A stretch of DNA of 64,000 bases from an uncultured Thermococci archaeon (GCA_964549615.1 CAZJVP010000076.1:33802-97801); one strand, 5' to 3'. Counted from the first letter of the stretch, positions 9,792 through 19,699 are shown. Notes: generated by a model not told the origin, from the letters alone. Made by a program: numbers and translations.

Positions 9792-9806
9792 CGAAAGCTA
9801 TAATAG
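9792..9806 (+). promoter_or_regulatory. Putative BRE/TATA of the pyrG operon
   Basis: CGAAAGCTATAATAG directly after the TSD. Confidence 0.5.
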
Positions 9807-9898
9807 CACATGCTGACAACCTCGCGCATGCCGACCACCGAGCGCCTGCCGTTTGCCTCGCCACTCGTATTTGGGTCACCCAGCTTTCATTCACGGGG

Positions 9899-11569
9899 GT
9901 GGCTCCCGTGACCAAGTATGTCATCGTCACAGGGGGGGTCATGAGTGGATTGGGAAAGGGGATCACAGCGGCCTCCATAGGCAAGATGCTCCAGGCGCGC
10001 GGGTACACCGTCACCGCGATGAAAGCCGACGGTTACTTCAACTACGACGCCGGGACGCTCAGGCCTACGGAACACGGCGAGGTATGGGTCACACATGACG
10101 GCGGCGAGATAGACGAGGATTTCGGGCACTACGAGAGGTTCCTGGACATATCGTTGCCCAAGAACCACAACGTGACCTCCGGGCAAATCTACGGGCAGGT
10201 CATCCAGAACGAGAGGCAGGGCAAGTACCTGGGCACGACCGTCCAGTTCATCCCACACGTGACCGACGAGGTTAAGAGAAGGATCCGTGAGGTCGCGCTC
10301 AGCGAACAGGTCGACATCCTGATATTCGAGATCGGGGGGGTGGTGGGCGACTACGAGAATCTCCACTTCACGGAGGCGGTCCGCCAGATGCGGATGGAGG
10401 AAGGCCCGAGGTCCCTCGTTCACGTTCATGTCAGCTACGTCCCGATCCCCGAACACTTGGGAGAACCAAAGACGAAGCCGACCCAGCATTCCGTGTACAA
10501 GCTCCGGGAGCAAGGCATCCCGCCCGACTTCATAGTTTGCAGATCGAGCAGGATGATGGACGAGGTCAGGAGGAGCAAGATCTCGCTCTTCTGCGATGTC
10601 TACCCGCAGGACATAGTATCCAATCCGGACATGGAGTGCATATACGAGATACCCCTCATTCTTGAGGAACAGGGGCTCGGGGAAAGGCTCACGGAAAGGC
10701 TCGGCCTGAGATACAAGAAGCCGCGGCTGGAGGAGTGGGCCGCGATGGTTCAGCGGATGAAGAACCCCAAGACCTGGGTCCGGATCGCCTTGGTGGGGAA
10801 GTACGTGGACACGGGGTCTTACAGGCTTCCCGACTCCTACGTGTCGATAAACGAGGCGATAAAGCACGCCGCGGCCTGGCACGAGGCTGGCGCCAAGATA
10901 TCGTGGATCGACTCAAAGCAGTTTGAGACGGATCGGGATTCGCTCGGATGCCTTGACGCTCAAGACGGCATCATAATTCCCGGCGGCTTCGGGACGACGG
11001 GCGTTGAGGGCAAGATCAAGGCTGTGGAATATGCGAGGGTGAAGGGCATCCCCTTCCTCGGCATCTGCTTCGGATTCCAGTGCGCGGTCGTGGAGTACGC
11101 GCGTAACAAGATGGGCCTTGAGGGGGCAAACAGCACAGAGATCGATCCGGACACACCACATCCCGTCATCGACATCCTTCCGGAGCAGGAGAAGATCATC
11201 AGGGAAAGCAGGTACGGGGCAACGATGAGGCTGGGGGCATACCCTGCAAAGCTCACGCCAAAGACCAAGATCGCCCAGCTGTACGAGTCCCTGGGCAGGG
11301 TGGAAAAGGAGGGGCTGGTGTTCGAGCGGCATCGCCACAGGTATGAGGTGAGTCCAAGGTACTCCGAGATGATAGACGCCGCCGGCATGAGGTTCGTGGG
11401 AAAGTCCCCCGACGGGCTGCTCATGGAGTTCTTTGAGGTGGACTCTCACCCCTACTTCGTCGGAACCCAAGCGCACCCGGAGTTCCTCTCAAGGCCCCTG
11501 TCGCCCGCGCCGCTTTTCGTGGGCCTGATCGAGGCAGCTCTTAAGAGGGCCGGAGCGAGGACATCATGA
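9899..11569 (+). CDS. pyrG: CTP synthase
   Basis: TGGVMSGLGKGITAASIG, KTKPTQHSV, LGICFG, ERHRHRYE, QAHPEF. Confidence 0.98.
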   Translation: MAPVTKYVIVTGGVMSGLGKGITAASIGKMLQARGYTVTAMKADGYFNYDAGTLRPTEHGEVWVTHDGGEIDEDFGHYERFLDISLPKNHNVTSGQIYGQVIQNERQGKYLGTTVQFIPHVTDEVKRRIREVALSEQVDILIFEIGGVVGDYENLHFTEAVRQMRMEEGPRSLVHVHVSYVPIPEHLGEPKTKPTQHSVYKLREQGIPPDFIVCRSSRMMDEVRRSKISLFCDVYPQDIVSNPDMECIYEIPLILEEQGLGERLTERLGLRYKKPRLEEWAAMVQRMKNPKTWVRIALVGKYVDTGSYRLPDSYVSINEAIKHAAAWHEAGAKISWIDSKQFETDRDSLGCLDAQDGIIIPGGFGTTGVEGKIKAVEYARVKGIPFLGICFGFQCAVVEYARNKMGLEGANSTEIDPDTPHPVIDILPEQEKIIRESRYGATMRLGAYPAKLTPKTKIAQLYESLGRVEKEGLVFERHRHRYEVSPRYSEMIDAAGMRFVGKSPDGLLMEFFEVDSHPYFVGTQAHPEFLSRPLSPAPLFVGLIEAALKRAGARTS

Positions 11570-12522
11570 GCTCGTCGCCACGGGGCTTCCTTTTCCCGCA
11601 AGTGGACCCGATAGTCTCGGCCCAACAGCTCTCCATCTTTCTGGAGGTATCTGGCGAACCGAAGCCAGGGAATGTGACGAGGCGCAAGGCCTTTCCCGAG
11701 ATCTCTTACGACGATTTCGCCTTCGCTTCAGCCTCGATCCGAGACCCGCTGCGGCGTTCCTACAGGCGTGCAAGGAGCGCGGCCTGTGAGGGGAAGAGGC
11801 TCTGCGGGCTCTGGGGACGGGCGCTTCTTGAGTCCAGCAAGGAGTCCATGTTCGGGCTTTCGAACACGATATTCGGGACCCTGCTCGTCGAGATACCATT
11901 GGGAATTGGGGCAAGCGTCGCGAGGCCATGGGACAGCGTGGTGCGGAAGGCCGAAGAGGTCGTCCGAGCCTCGGACTGGACAGATTCGCTGGATTTCGTC
12001 AGATCGATCCGAGGTTGCGGCGTGGGCAACCTGTCCCACCCGGGCTTCGTGCGATCGGACGAGGCGCTGGATCTTGAGGACCCGGCAATTGAGGCCAAGA
12101 TAAGAAAAAGGAAGGTGAGCCTTGAACGCCTGCTCGCGCCCTCGGTCGGATACGACCTTCTAGCATCGGAGCTCGTTGGAGGCTTCCCCATCATCAGCAA
12201 GTACGCCCCTAAGTTCGTGGCATGGCTTCGCGAGTTCCAGGACCCGATCAAGGCGTCGGCTGCAACATACTGTTCGCTGCTAGCGGAATACCCCGACTCG
12301 CTGGTGGGCCGCAAGGCCGGAGCCGAAGTGGCAAAGCAGGTAATGGTACGCGCAGCAAGGGTGATGCGGTTCCCGCTCTTCTCGGCCAGATGGCTTAAGG
12401 GGATGGAGAGGCTGGATGCGGACCTGAGAAAGAGGGACCTGAACCCCGGAACGCTTGCCGACCTGACGGCCGCAAGCATCTTCCTCGCTCTCATTGGAGC
12501 CGTGCCTACTTCCGCTGTATGA
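11566..12522 (+). CDS. CitG-family (triphosphoribosyl-dephospho-CoA synthase-like) protein
   Basis: LEVSGEPKPGNVTR, NTIFG, PDSLVGRKAG, NPGTLADL. Confidence 0.85.
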   Translation: MSSSPRGFLFPQVDPIVSAQQLSIFLEVSGEPKPGNVTRRKAFPEISYDDFAFASASIRDPLRRSYRRARSAACEGKRLCGLWGRALLESSKESMFGLSNTIFGTLLVEIPLGIGASVARPWDSVVRKAEEVVRASDWTDSLDFVRSIRGCGVGNLSHPGFVRSDEALDLEDPAIEAKIRKRKVSLERLLAPSVGYDLLASELVGGFPIISKYAPKFVAWLREFQDPIKASAATYCSLLAEYPDSLVGRKAGAEVAKQVMVRAARVMRFPLFSARWLKGMERLDADLRKRDLNPGTLADLTAASIFLALIGAVPTSAV

Positions 12523-13201
12523 CTCGCGTCCCCGAGCTTGTCCCGACGATGACCAGATCAGCGACCTGACAAAAGATGCCGCTGTCGACTACTCCAGGTA
12601 TCGACCTTATGTCCGCCTCGAGCGCATCGGGGTCAGCGATCGGGCCAAAGTCGCAGTCCAGAATGAGGTTCCCGTTGTCCGTTCTGAATGGTCCCTTTCC
12701 TCCCTCGGCCATCCTGATCTTACATCTTCCGCCGAGGTCGGATATCTCGCGCGAAACCAAGGGAAGCGCGAAGGGGATGATTTCGACGGGAACCGGGCTC
12801 TTCTCTCCCAGCCGTCGCGAAAGCTTGGATTCATCGACCACTATCGCGACGAACTCGCTTGCCCTTGCGACGATCTTCTCCCTAACGTGCGCGCCGCCGC
12901 CCCCCTTTATGAGGTTGAGATCGGCGTCGACCTCGTCCGCGCCGTCGATATCCAGATCCAGTCTCGGGCGTTCCTCGAGGCCGATCAACGGGATGCCGAG
13001 CTCCTTGGCAAGGCTCTCGGTCGGGAGGGAGGTGGGAACCCCCGATACGCGAAGGCCTTCATTCTTGATTCTGTTGGAGAGCTCCTTCAAGAAATAGTGG
13101 ACGGTGGACCCCGTGCCGAGCCCAAGGGCCATTCCGTCCTTGACCAGCCGTGCCGCCTCCATCCCTGCGTTGCGCTTGGCGACCTCGGTATCGGACCTCA
13201 C
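12506..13201 (-). CDS. rpiA: Ribose-5-phosphate isomerase A
   Basis: GLGTGSTV, DGADEVD, LIKGGGGAHVREKIVA, TDNGNLILD. Confidence 0.97.
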   Translation of the reverse strand: MRSDTEVAKRNAGMEAARLVKDGMALGLGTGSTVHYFLKELSNRIKNEGLRVSGVPTSLPTESLAKELGIPLIGLEERPRLDLDIDGADEVDADLNLIKGGGGAHVREKIVARASEFVAIVVDESKLSRRLGEKSPVPVEIIPFALPLVSREISDLGGRCKIRMAEGGKGPFRTDNGNLILDCDFGPIADPDALEADIRSIPGVVDSGIFCQVADLVIVGTSSGTRVIQRK

Positions 13202-13276
13202 ATCCTGCCTCGGGCCGTTACCAACTGAAAATGGTTTTGCCTTCCATTTTTCCCGGCTAGGACTGCGAGGGCTGGG

Positions 13277-13642
13277 CTACTCTCCCCGTTTCAGTTTCTC
13301 GGATATCTCCATGCGCTTTCCCTTCCTGACGAAGGAGATCGTAGGCTCAAGCCCCTTGATCTTGCGTTCGATTGCCTTGACTATGATCCTGTCGATCTTG
13401 TATCTGATCCTCCTCTGGACCACAAGCGCTATGATGGTCTCCTCGATCTTCGCGGCGACCTCGGGGTCGGATGAGCGGACCTCCTTCAGGTAGGCTAGGC
13501 CGTCCGGTTGCATGACCTGGGACAGTATGCGCTCGATCTCCTGCCGCTCCCTCTGCTTCCTCTCATCGGCGAGCTTCTTCTCCTTGAGCATCCTCTGCAT
13601 TTCGCGCATCTTCCGACGGCGTATCTCCTCTATGTCCTCCAT
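13277..13642 (-). CDS. PDCD5/TFAR19-like DNA-binding protein
   Basis: EDIEEIRRRKMREMQ N-terminus and helical dsDNA-bind family pattern. Confidence 0.7.
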   Translation of the reverse strand: MEDIEEIRRRKMREMQRMLKEKKLADERKQRERQEIERILSQVMQPDGLAYLKEVRSSDPEVAAKIEETIIALVVQRRIRYKIDRIIVKAIERKIKGLEPTISFVRKGKRMEISEKLKRGE

Positions 13643-13648
13643 GCTCGA

Positions 13649-14833
13649 TCACACAAGTACCTTGCGGAGCTTCCACAGAAGCTTGGGCGAAGTGCTGGAC
13701 ATAGCCCTGATTATCCCAAGGGTGTTGAACTCAACGCCCGATACATTCTGGAAGGCCTTCGCTATGCTGTCCAGCTCCTCGTCCTTGAGCTCAAGATACA
13801 CGTCCTTCGCCTTTAGGAGTCTCCAGTGGTAGTTGCCGATCGCCTCGATCCAGCGTTCGTCGTAGAGGGCCAGCGATTTTCTGGAGAAGTCGCCGGTTTG
13901 CATGATCTCCCCTGCTGTCTTTCCCGCGATCTTTGCGCAGGTGACCGACGAGCCGATGCCTCCGCCCGTTATCGGGTTGACCTGCCTGGCCGCGTCGCCC
14001 ACGAGCATCACGTTGTCTGCCACGGCCGATCTCAGCGGCCCCGAGACCGGAACCCCGCCGGCCTTGACCTCGATTATTGCTCCATCTTTGAATCTGTGGG
14101 AAAGACTTGGGTGCTCGATGAACGCGTCAAGGTACTCCACCGCCGGCTTGCCGGCGATCTTCGGTATGACCGCCAGTCCGACGTTTGCACGGTCATCCCC
14201 CTTCGGAAAGATCCAGGCATACCCTCCCGGAGCATAACATCGTCCCACGAACATCTCTATCTCATCATGCACGTCGATGCCTACCATCTCGTACTCGATG
14301 CCGGACTCGATGTCGTTCGGACCCAGATGCGTGTCGATTCCCGCCCAACGGCCGACCTTCGACATGACTCCGTCAGCACCGATAACGATCTTTGCTCGGA
14401 TCTGTCTGGGCTCGCCGAACTCCTGGTACGAGACAACCGCCCTACTACCATCCCTCGAGAGCCCGGTGGCCTTACAGCAGAGCCTAAGGTCGGCGCCCGC
14501 ATCGACGGCGAGGCGGCCCAGGTGCTTGTCGAAGATCTTCCTCTCCAGCACATAACCGAAATCGAACCCCTTGACGTTCTGTCTAAGGTCAACCGTGATG
14601 CCGGAGGGGGAGATGAGCTTGACGTTCTCCACCCTCTTGGCAGTCCATGCGCCCTCGCCAAGGCCCAGCTCGTCCAAGACCTTGGAGGACACGCCCTCCG
14701 CACACTGGACCGGCTCCCCTATCTCGGCCCGTTTCTCAAGCAGGATCGTGTTGCACCCCGATTCGGCCGCGTACCGCGCCGCGGTGGAACCCGCGGGCCC
14801 AGCCCCGACGACTACGACGTCAGCCTCCTCCAA
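13649..14833 (-). CDS. Digeranylgeranylglycerophospholipid (geranylgeranyl) reductase
   Basis: VVVVGAGPAGS, CAEG, APGGYAWIFPKG, VGDAA, NPITGGGI. TTG start inferred from an upstream GGAGG-rich SD. Confidence 0.92.
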   Translation of the reverse strand: MEEADVVVVGAGPAGSTAARYAAESGCNTILLEKRAEIGEPVQCAEGVSSKVLDELGLGEGAWTAKRVENVKLISPSGITVDLRQNVKGFDFGYVLERKIFDKHLGRLAVDAGADLRLCCKATGLSRDGSRAVVSYQEFGEPRQIRAKIVIGADGVMSKVGRWAGIDTHLGPNDIESGIEYEMVGIDVHDEIEMFVGRCYAPGGYAWIFPKGDDRANVGLAVIPKIAGKPAVEYLDAFIEHPSLSHRFKDGAIIEVKAGGVPVSGPLRSAVADNVMLVGDAARQVNPITGGGIGSSVTCAKIAGKTAGEIMQTGDFSRKSLALYDERWIEAIGNYHWRLLKAKDVYLELKDEELDSIAKAFQNVSGVEFNTLGIIRAMSSTSPKLLWKLRKVLV

Positions 14834-15014
14834 CCTCAGCCTCCCTCCTCTTGGCGATAGCGCCCAGGGGGCAGGTCCTGACGCAAATGAAGCAGCTGTT
14901 GCACCTGGAGGCGTCATGAACGACATTGAACTCCGAGACGTCTATGGCGTCGCGTTCGCACACGGCTGCACAAGCGCCACACCTCAGGCACTTCTCCAGC
15001 TTGATCTCGATCAA
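14820..15014 (-). CDS. 2[4Fe-4S] ferredoxin
   Basis: CLRCGACAAVC and CNSCFICVRTCP; overlaps the GGR start. Confidence 0.9.
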   Translation of the reverse strand: MIEIKLEKCLRCGACAAVCERDAIDVSEFNVVHDASRCNSCFICVRTCPLGAIAKRREAEVGGG

Positions 15015-15118
15015 GCTCTCACTGGATCTAGGCGGCAACGCGTTTTATTAAATCATTTGTGGGCGGGTGCAACATCACCGGCTCCTGGACTGCAATGCAA
15101 AACTGGGGTTCTGGGTGA

Positions 15119-15286
15119 TCAGGCGTTCGCGGTCCTTGACGACTTCAGCATTCGCCGATATCTGCCGAACTTGTCCTGGGGGGAGAACTTGGGCGGATGA
15201 GGGGTGCAAGTCCTTCCCCCGCATCTTGCGCAGGTTGGCTGCAGGGTGTAGACCTTGCAGGCCTTGCACCGCTTCAGCTTCTTCAA
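15119..15286 (-). CDS. nop10: H/ACA RNP protein Nop10 (55 aa)
   Basis: Below the ORF-track cutoff. Manual translation MKKLKRCKACKVYTLQPTCARCGGRTCTPHPPKFSPQDKFGRYRRMLKSSRTANA; canonical position after aIF2a. Confidence 0.95.
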   Translation of the reverse strand: MKKLKRCKACKVYTLQPTCARCGGRTCTPHPPKFSPQDKFGRYRRMLKSSRTANA

Positions 15287-15292
15287 GAGTTC

Positions 15293-16090
15293 TCACTTGG
15301 AGGGCCGAGAGAACGCAAAGGTGTGGTCGAACTTCTTTAGGTAGGACTCCATCTGCGCGATCCTCTGCTGAAGGGTGCTCTCGGCAGTCTTGTAGTCATC
15401 CGCCTCGACGGTAACCCTGTACCTGGGAGGGCCGATTATCTGAACGGCTATCTTCGTCTCTTTTTCCCCGTCCGTGGGCTTGGCCAGCTCCTTCAAGGCC
15501 TCGCGGATCACTTCGACGCCGTTCGGCTCGAAACACTGGAGGGAGATGTATCCCTCGATTTCGACCTTGTGGAGCTCGATGGTGGAGACTATGATGGGGT
15601 AGAGAGCCTCGATCCAGTCCTTGGAGATCCCTCTCTTCTCCAGAACCTCCTTGCCCCCGGCAACGACTTCCTCGAAGGCTGAGTAAACGTCCGGGTACTC
15701 GGCGAGGAGCTTGTCCACGACCTCGGACTTGGCCTGCTCCGGGGTCTTGCCCAGCTTCTTGCTCGCCAGCTCAAGCAGCTTGAGGGATTTCTGCCTCTGC
15801 TTCCATTGTTGGACCTTGTATCGCTTCTGTTGCTCGGTCGTCCTCTTGAGGGACATGTCGATGTGCCGCTTGGCCACATCGACCCTCGTCACCTTGGCCA
15901 CGACCTTGCGGCCCTCTTTGAAGAAGTCCCTGATGTTCTTTACCCAGTTGGGCGATACCTCCGATATGTGGATGAATCCCTCCTTGTCGCCGTACTCGTC
16001 AAGCGTGAGGAAAGCCCCGAACTTCTCGACCTTCCTCACGGTGCACATCACGACCTCACCCTCCTTGGGCCACTCGCTATCGAAGGACAT
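15293..16090 (-). CDS. eif2a: Translation initiation factor aIF2 alpha
   Basis: S1 domain (EGFIHISEVS..WVKNIRD, HIDMSLKR), PPRYR; conserved operon position. Confidence 0.96.
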   Translation of the reverse strand: MSFDSEWPKEGEVVMCTVRKVEKFGAFLTLDEYGDKEGFIHISEVSPNWVKNIRDFFKEGRKVVAKVTRVDVAKRHIDMSLKRTTEQQKRYKVQQWKQRQKSLKLLELASKKLGKTPEQAKSEVVDKLLAEYPDVYSAFEEVVAGGKEVLEKRGISKDWIEALYPIIVSTIELHKVEIEGYISLQCFEPNGVEVIREALKELAKPTDGEKETKIAVQIIGPPRYRVTVEADDYKTAESTLQQRIAQMESYLKKFDHTFAFSRPSK

Positions 16091-16102
16091 GACCTCTCCC
16101 TC

Positions 16103-16309
16103 CTACTCGAGGACTTCGATTATGCTCGTGCTCACTTTGCCCTTGCCCGAGCGGGGAACCGCGAGCGTGTTCTCGCAGACCACGCACTTCACCAGGCTGG
16201 CCGGAGATCCGAATATCACCTGTTCGTTTCCGCAACTTGAGCACCGCACCCTGAGGAAGCGTGACTTGGGCAGCGGTATGTGCTTCCTTATCCTGTCGTC
16301 CATTCGCAT
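16103..16309 (-). CDS. rps27e: 30S ribosomal protein S27e
   Basis: [20 protein letters not shown]...CVVC...P.SGK. Confidence 0.96.
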   Translation of the reverse strand: MRMDDRIRKHIPLPKSRFLRVRCSSCGNEQVIFGSPASLVKCVVCENTLAVPRSGKGKVSTSIIEVLE

Positions 16310-16316
16310 TCCACCC

Positions 16317-16619
16317 TCAGTCAGTTAGCTCGAGTGCCCTCGCCCTGAACCCGGGCCTGGTCTGGGACTTCTTGCACACCGTGCATGTGAACCTCAGGTC
16401 GTGGCGCTTCGTGGGTTTCTCCCTCTTCTGCTTGGACTTTGGGAAACCGCGCGCTCCCCTCGTCTTGCCGGTGGGTTTGACCTTTCGCCTGAACCTGCGG
16501 TGTCCCTTTCTTAGCTCTCCCCTGGGTTTCTTGCGGGCTCGGGAGATCGAATGCTCCGTGTGCTTCTTGCAGGTCGGACAGTACATGCTTAGCGTCTTCG
16601 GCATCTTCAACCTACTCAC
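16317..16619 (-). CDS. rpl44e: 50S ribosomal protein L44e
   Basis: MPK...[11 protein letters not shown]...[14 protein letters not shown]. Confidence 0.96.
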   Translation of the reverse strand: MSRLKMPKTLSMYCPTCKKHTEHSISRARKKPRGELRKGHRRFRRKVKPTGKTRGARGFPKSKQKREKPTKRHDLRFTCTVCKKSQTRPGFRARALELTD

Positions 16620-17265
16620 CTGCGGGCCTAACCCTTTCTGCCACCTTCCTTCCGAGCAGGATCTCCGATACCTCGCCTGGCAATGCGACGATGTCCTCCC
16701 CTGCGAAGGGACCGTAGGTCTTGAGATCCCGAGCCACGAATGATGGGAACTCCCTTACGATCCTGAGGATCTCGTTGCGTTCCGGCCGGCGGGGCTTAGC
16801 AGCCTCCCTCGGCACGTCTCGGGCTTGGACGGGTTCCGTCTCCGCCGGGCGTACCGCGGGCATCTGCGCCGATTCGGGAATGCTCCCTACCGGGGAAGTT
16901 GCCCCCGGTAGTTCCCCTGAAGGTCTATAAAATCTTTTCTCATAAGACTCGATGACCTGTCTGAGGTCCTGTAAGAGTTTCCGCTCTGGCGCCGTCAGGC
17001 CGGTGGGGACGCGGCCTTCCGTGGCTTGGGCGGCGAGCTTGCTTACTCGAACCTGCATCATCTGCGTTAGGAAGGCCTTCAGCTTCTCCTTCTCGGCCAG
17101 CATCAACGATCTGCGTGGTTCATCTTGGCCCGAGCGTGCAATGGATTCCTCAACCAGCTCGATTGTTTTCGCTAGGTCCGCGAGAAAGCCCTCGGGCAGT
17201 TCCTGCAGATCGACCGAGAGCACCTCCCTCAGCCAGGCCTCCTTGGCCGCCTGATAGGTTATCAA
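16612..17265 (-). CDS. GINS subunit (Gins15/51 type)
   Basis: LQELPEGF A-domain; B-domain FVARDLKTYGPF..EDIVALP; lies between PCNA and L44e. Confidence 0.88.
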   Translation of the reverse strand: MITYQAAKEAWLREVLSVDLQELPEGFLADLAKTIELVEESIARSGQDEPRRSLMLAEKEKLKAFLTQMMQVRVSKLAAQATEGRVPTGLTAPERKLLQDLRQVIESYEKRFYRPSGELPGATSPVGSIPESAQMPAVRPAETEPVQARDVPREAAKPRRPERNEILRIVREFPSFVARDLKTYGPFAGEDIVALPGEVSEILLGRKVAERVRPAGE

Positions 17266-17320
17266 CGCTAGCCCGGTAGCTCGGCCCGTATAAAATATTA
17301 CCGCGAGGGCTCAGCCCAGC

Positions 17321-18067
17321 CTAGTCCTCGACCCGAGGTGCCAGGAGGAACGCCAGCCTTCCGCCCTCCAGAGGAACGGTCAATCTCAGAGGCAGGTCCT
17401 GGCCCCACTCCAGTTCAACGATGTCCGTGGCCTCCGCCGCCTTGAGCATGTTCTGGATGTAAGAGATGATGTATATCGCCCGGCACTCCTTCTTGACCTC
17501 CATGTGTGCTATGCCCTCGCTCTGCTTGTTCAGGCGGACGTTTACGCTCTCCACGTCGCTCTCCCCCTCCAGTCGCAGGAAGTCCGGCGTCGCCCTGAGC
17601 GTCACGTGGTCTCCTACGATTCCCACATCTTTCAGTGCCTCGGAGAGAACCCCGGCCTCCATCCGGACCGTGGCGGTGAAGGGGATCTGCGGGGTGGGCG
17701 CTGCGCTTTCGCCAAGGTCAAGAAGCGGAATGCTGAACGTGGTGACGGAAATGCCCTCGAACGTGAGGACGAACCTGTTGGTCTGCTCGTCCAGCGCCAT
17801 CCTGAGCCGGTCTCCGGGCCGCGCCCTTCGAAGCATCTTATTCATGTCCTCGAGGTTTAGGCCGATGTTCCTTGTCGCATCCACCTTGTAGGTCTCGAAG
17901 GACTCGGCGGCAAGCTCGAAGTCGACCATCGATATCCTTGCGGGATCCATCGAGTTGAACCTAACCTTGGCCGGACTCACGCAGAATATGCCCTCTTCGA
18001 TCAACGTGGAGATGGCATCGATGCATCTCTTCCAAACGGCAGCTTGAGACAGAGTCGCCTCGAACAT
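17321..18067 (-). CDS. pcn: DNA polymerase sliding clamp PCNA
   Basis: MFEA, SMDPARISMVD, C-terminal FLLAPRVE. Confidence 0.96.
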   Translation of the reverse strand: MFEATLSQAAVWKRCIDAISTLIEEGIFCVSPAKVRFNSMDPARISMVDFELAAESFETYKVDATRNIGLNLEDMNKMLRRARPGDRLRMALDEQTNRFVLTFEGISVTTFSIPLLDLGESAAPTPQIPFTATVRMEAGVLSEALKDVGIVGDHVTLRATPDFLRLEGESDVESVNVRLNKQSEGIAHMEVKKECRAIYIISYIQNMLKAAEATDIVELEWGQDLPLRLTVPLEGGRLAFLLAPRVED

Positions 18068-18091
18068 TCGCAACACCCTTGACGAAGAGAA

Positions 18092-18394
18092 TCAACCCAG
18101 CAGCTGTCTGACGCTCCTGTGCAGATCCAAGTCCAACTTGTCCATGTCCTGGATGATTTCCCCTTGCAGCACCGCCTCAGGATCCTTAAAAATCCTTCCG
18201 ATCACGCGCACGCGCTGGCCCTCTCTTATGGAGGAAAGCTTCTCCGGGTCGGCCATGACTTGTATCTGGCCCTCCCCATCGTCCAGGGTGAAGCATCCCT
18301 CCCGAAGCTCAAGCGCGGTGCCGAGTATGCGTACCATGACGTCTTGGTCCTTGATTTCTCGGATCCTCCTCTCGACCGCTGGCTGTCGTTTCAT
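18092..18394 (-). CDS. Single OB-fold protein, RPA3/RPA14-like
   Basis: KRQPAVERRIREI..VRILG..LDDGEG..VRVIGR..IIQDM..LDLDL pattern of archaeal RPA small subunit. Confidence 0.75.
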   Translation of the reverse strand: MKRQPAVERRIREIKDQDVMVRILGTALELREGCFTLDDGEGQIQVMADPEKLSSIREGQRVRVIGRIFKDPEAVLQGEIIQDMDKLDLDLHRSVRQLLG

Positions 18395-18480
18395 TCTCTC
18401 CAATATGGGTCTTGGAAGAGGCGATGGCGCTGGTTTATATCTATAACGGAGGCCGGCCGGGTCGGATCGCCGGGCATGAC

Positions 18481-19608
18481 CTAGAGGCACATCCCGATTC
18501 TCATGTTCTCCAACTCGCCCTCATCAACGGTGATTCCCAGCCCGGGGCGATCCGGGACGTCGACATGCGCGCCCTCGACCCTGATGCCATCCGCTAGGAG
18601 GGTCGACAAAAACTGCGGCCCGTTCGTGTCGACGGGCAGCGCCATCGGGAGCGTGGAGAAGACGTGCACAGACGCTGCTAGCCCCACGCCGGTCTCCGTC
18701 ATGCCGCTGCCCAGGACCTGGATGCCTGCCGACTCGGCGAGGGTGGCGATCTTCTGCGTCCCCAGTATCCCGGACTTGGCGATCTTCAGCACAACCATGT
18801 CGCCCGCATTCATCGTTATGACCCTCAACATGTCGTAATGGGTGAAGACCGACTCATCGACGGCGATGGGGATCGAGCTTATGGCTGATGTCCTCTGGAG
18901 GCCCAAGTAGTCGTAGGTTGGCACCGGCTGCTCGAGACAGACGATGTTCGCAAGGTCGCCTATGAGGGCCAGGAGCCGTCGCAAGGTCGAAGCGTCGTAC
19001 GCCTGGTTAGCATCTGCCCAGATCCGCGCCTTCCCCGCTGCTTCCGAGAGGCATCTCAGTCTATCCGCATCGAGATCCGGCTTGCCCGATATTTTGATCT
19101 TGAAGCAGGTGTACCCCTTCCTCCTTGCCGACCTTGCGCGCCTGGCAAGCGCCTCGACATCACCTGACACCATGTAGCACAGCTCAAGCTTGTCGGTGAG
19201 GCGGCCTCCCAAGATCCTGTGGAGAGGAAGGCCGGATTCCTTGCCGAGGATGTCGAAGAGCGCCTGCTCGACCGCGGATACTGCGAAAGGCTGGCTTGCG
19301 CTGACGGAAGGCGTAATCGAGGAATCGATCTTTGACCTGATCGACCTAACGGAGGAGCAGTCCTCGCGCAGGAGGATCGGCGCGATGTGGTTCTTGAGGG
19401 TCGAGCAGACAGTCTCCATCGTCTCGTAGCTCCAGGTGGGGTTTGGCCTTGACTCGCCCCAACCGGTCTCGCCGTCGGAGGTGGTGAGCTTCAGGTAGAC
19501 GTGCTGCCCAGGCTTGCCGGGCCCGCCCACGAATCCGCGCGAAAGGAGAAAGGGCTCGCGAAACGGTATCTCGACGGGGAAGATCTCGACGCTCGTGATC
19601 TTTGTCAT
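18481..19608 (-). CDS. Mandelate racemase/muconate lactonizing enzyme family (MLE subgroup)
   Basis: GWGE, FKIKI (KxK), DANQ, EQP, DES, LKIAKSG. Confidence 0.9.
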   Translation of the reverse strand: MTKITSVEIFPVEIPFREPFLLSRGFVGGPGKPGQHVYLKLTTSDGETGWGESRPNPTWSYETMETVCSTLKNHIAPILLREDCSSVRSIRSKIDSSITPSVSASQPFAVSAVEQALFDILGKESGLPLHRILGGRLTDKLELCYMVSGDVEALARRARSARRKGYTCFKIKISGKPDLDADRLRCLSEAAGKARIWADANQAYDASTLRRLLALIGDLANIVCLEQPVPTYDYLGLQRTSAISSIPIAVDESVFTHYDMLRVITMNAGDMVVLKIAKSGILGTQKIATLAESAGIQVLGSGMTETGVGLAASVHVFSTLPMALPVDTNGPQFLSTLLADGIRVEGAHVDVPDRPGLGITVDEGELENMRIGMCL

Positions 19609-19668
19609 GGGCCCTCTTGGATCGGAAGAGTTCTGAAAAGTATTTCCCGAGGTCGTCGTGGGAACGGA

Positions 19669-19686
19669 GGGAAAAAAGAAAGAGGA
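19669..19686 (-). terminator. T-rich putative terminator after the FG-GAP gene
   Basis: Minus strand reads CCTCTTTCTTTTTTCC shortly after the stop codon. Confidence 0.4.
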
Positions 19687-19699
19687 GATATGAGGGGTT

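Noticed and set aside
15075-15296. 73-aa ORF in the track after aIF2a
   Set aside because: Wrong frame; Nop10 occupies this region in another frame.
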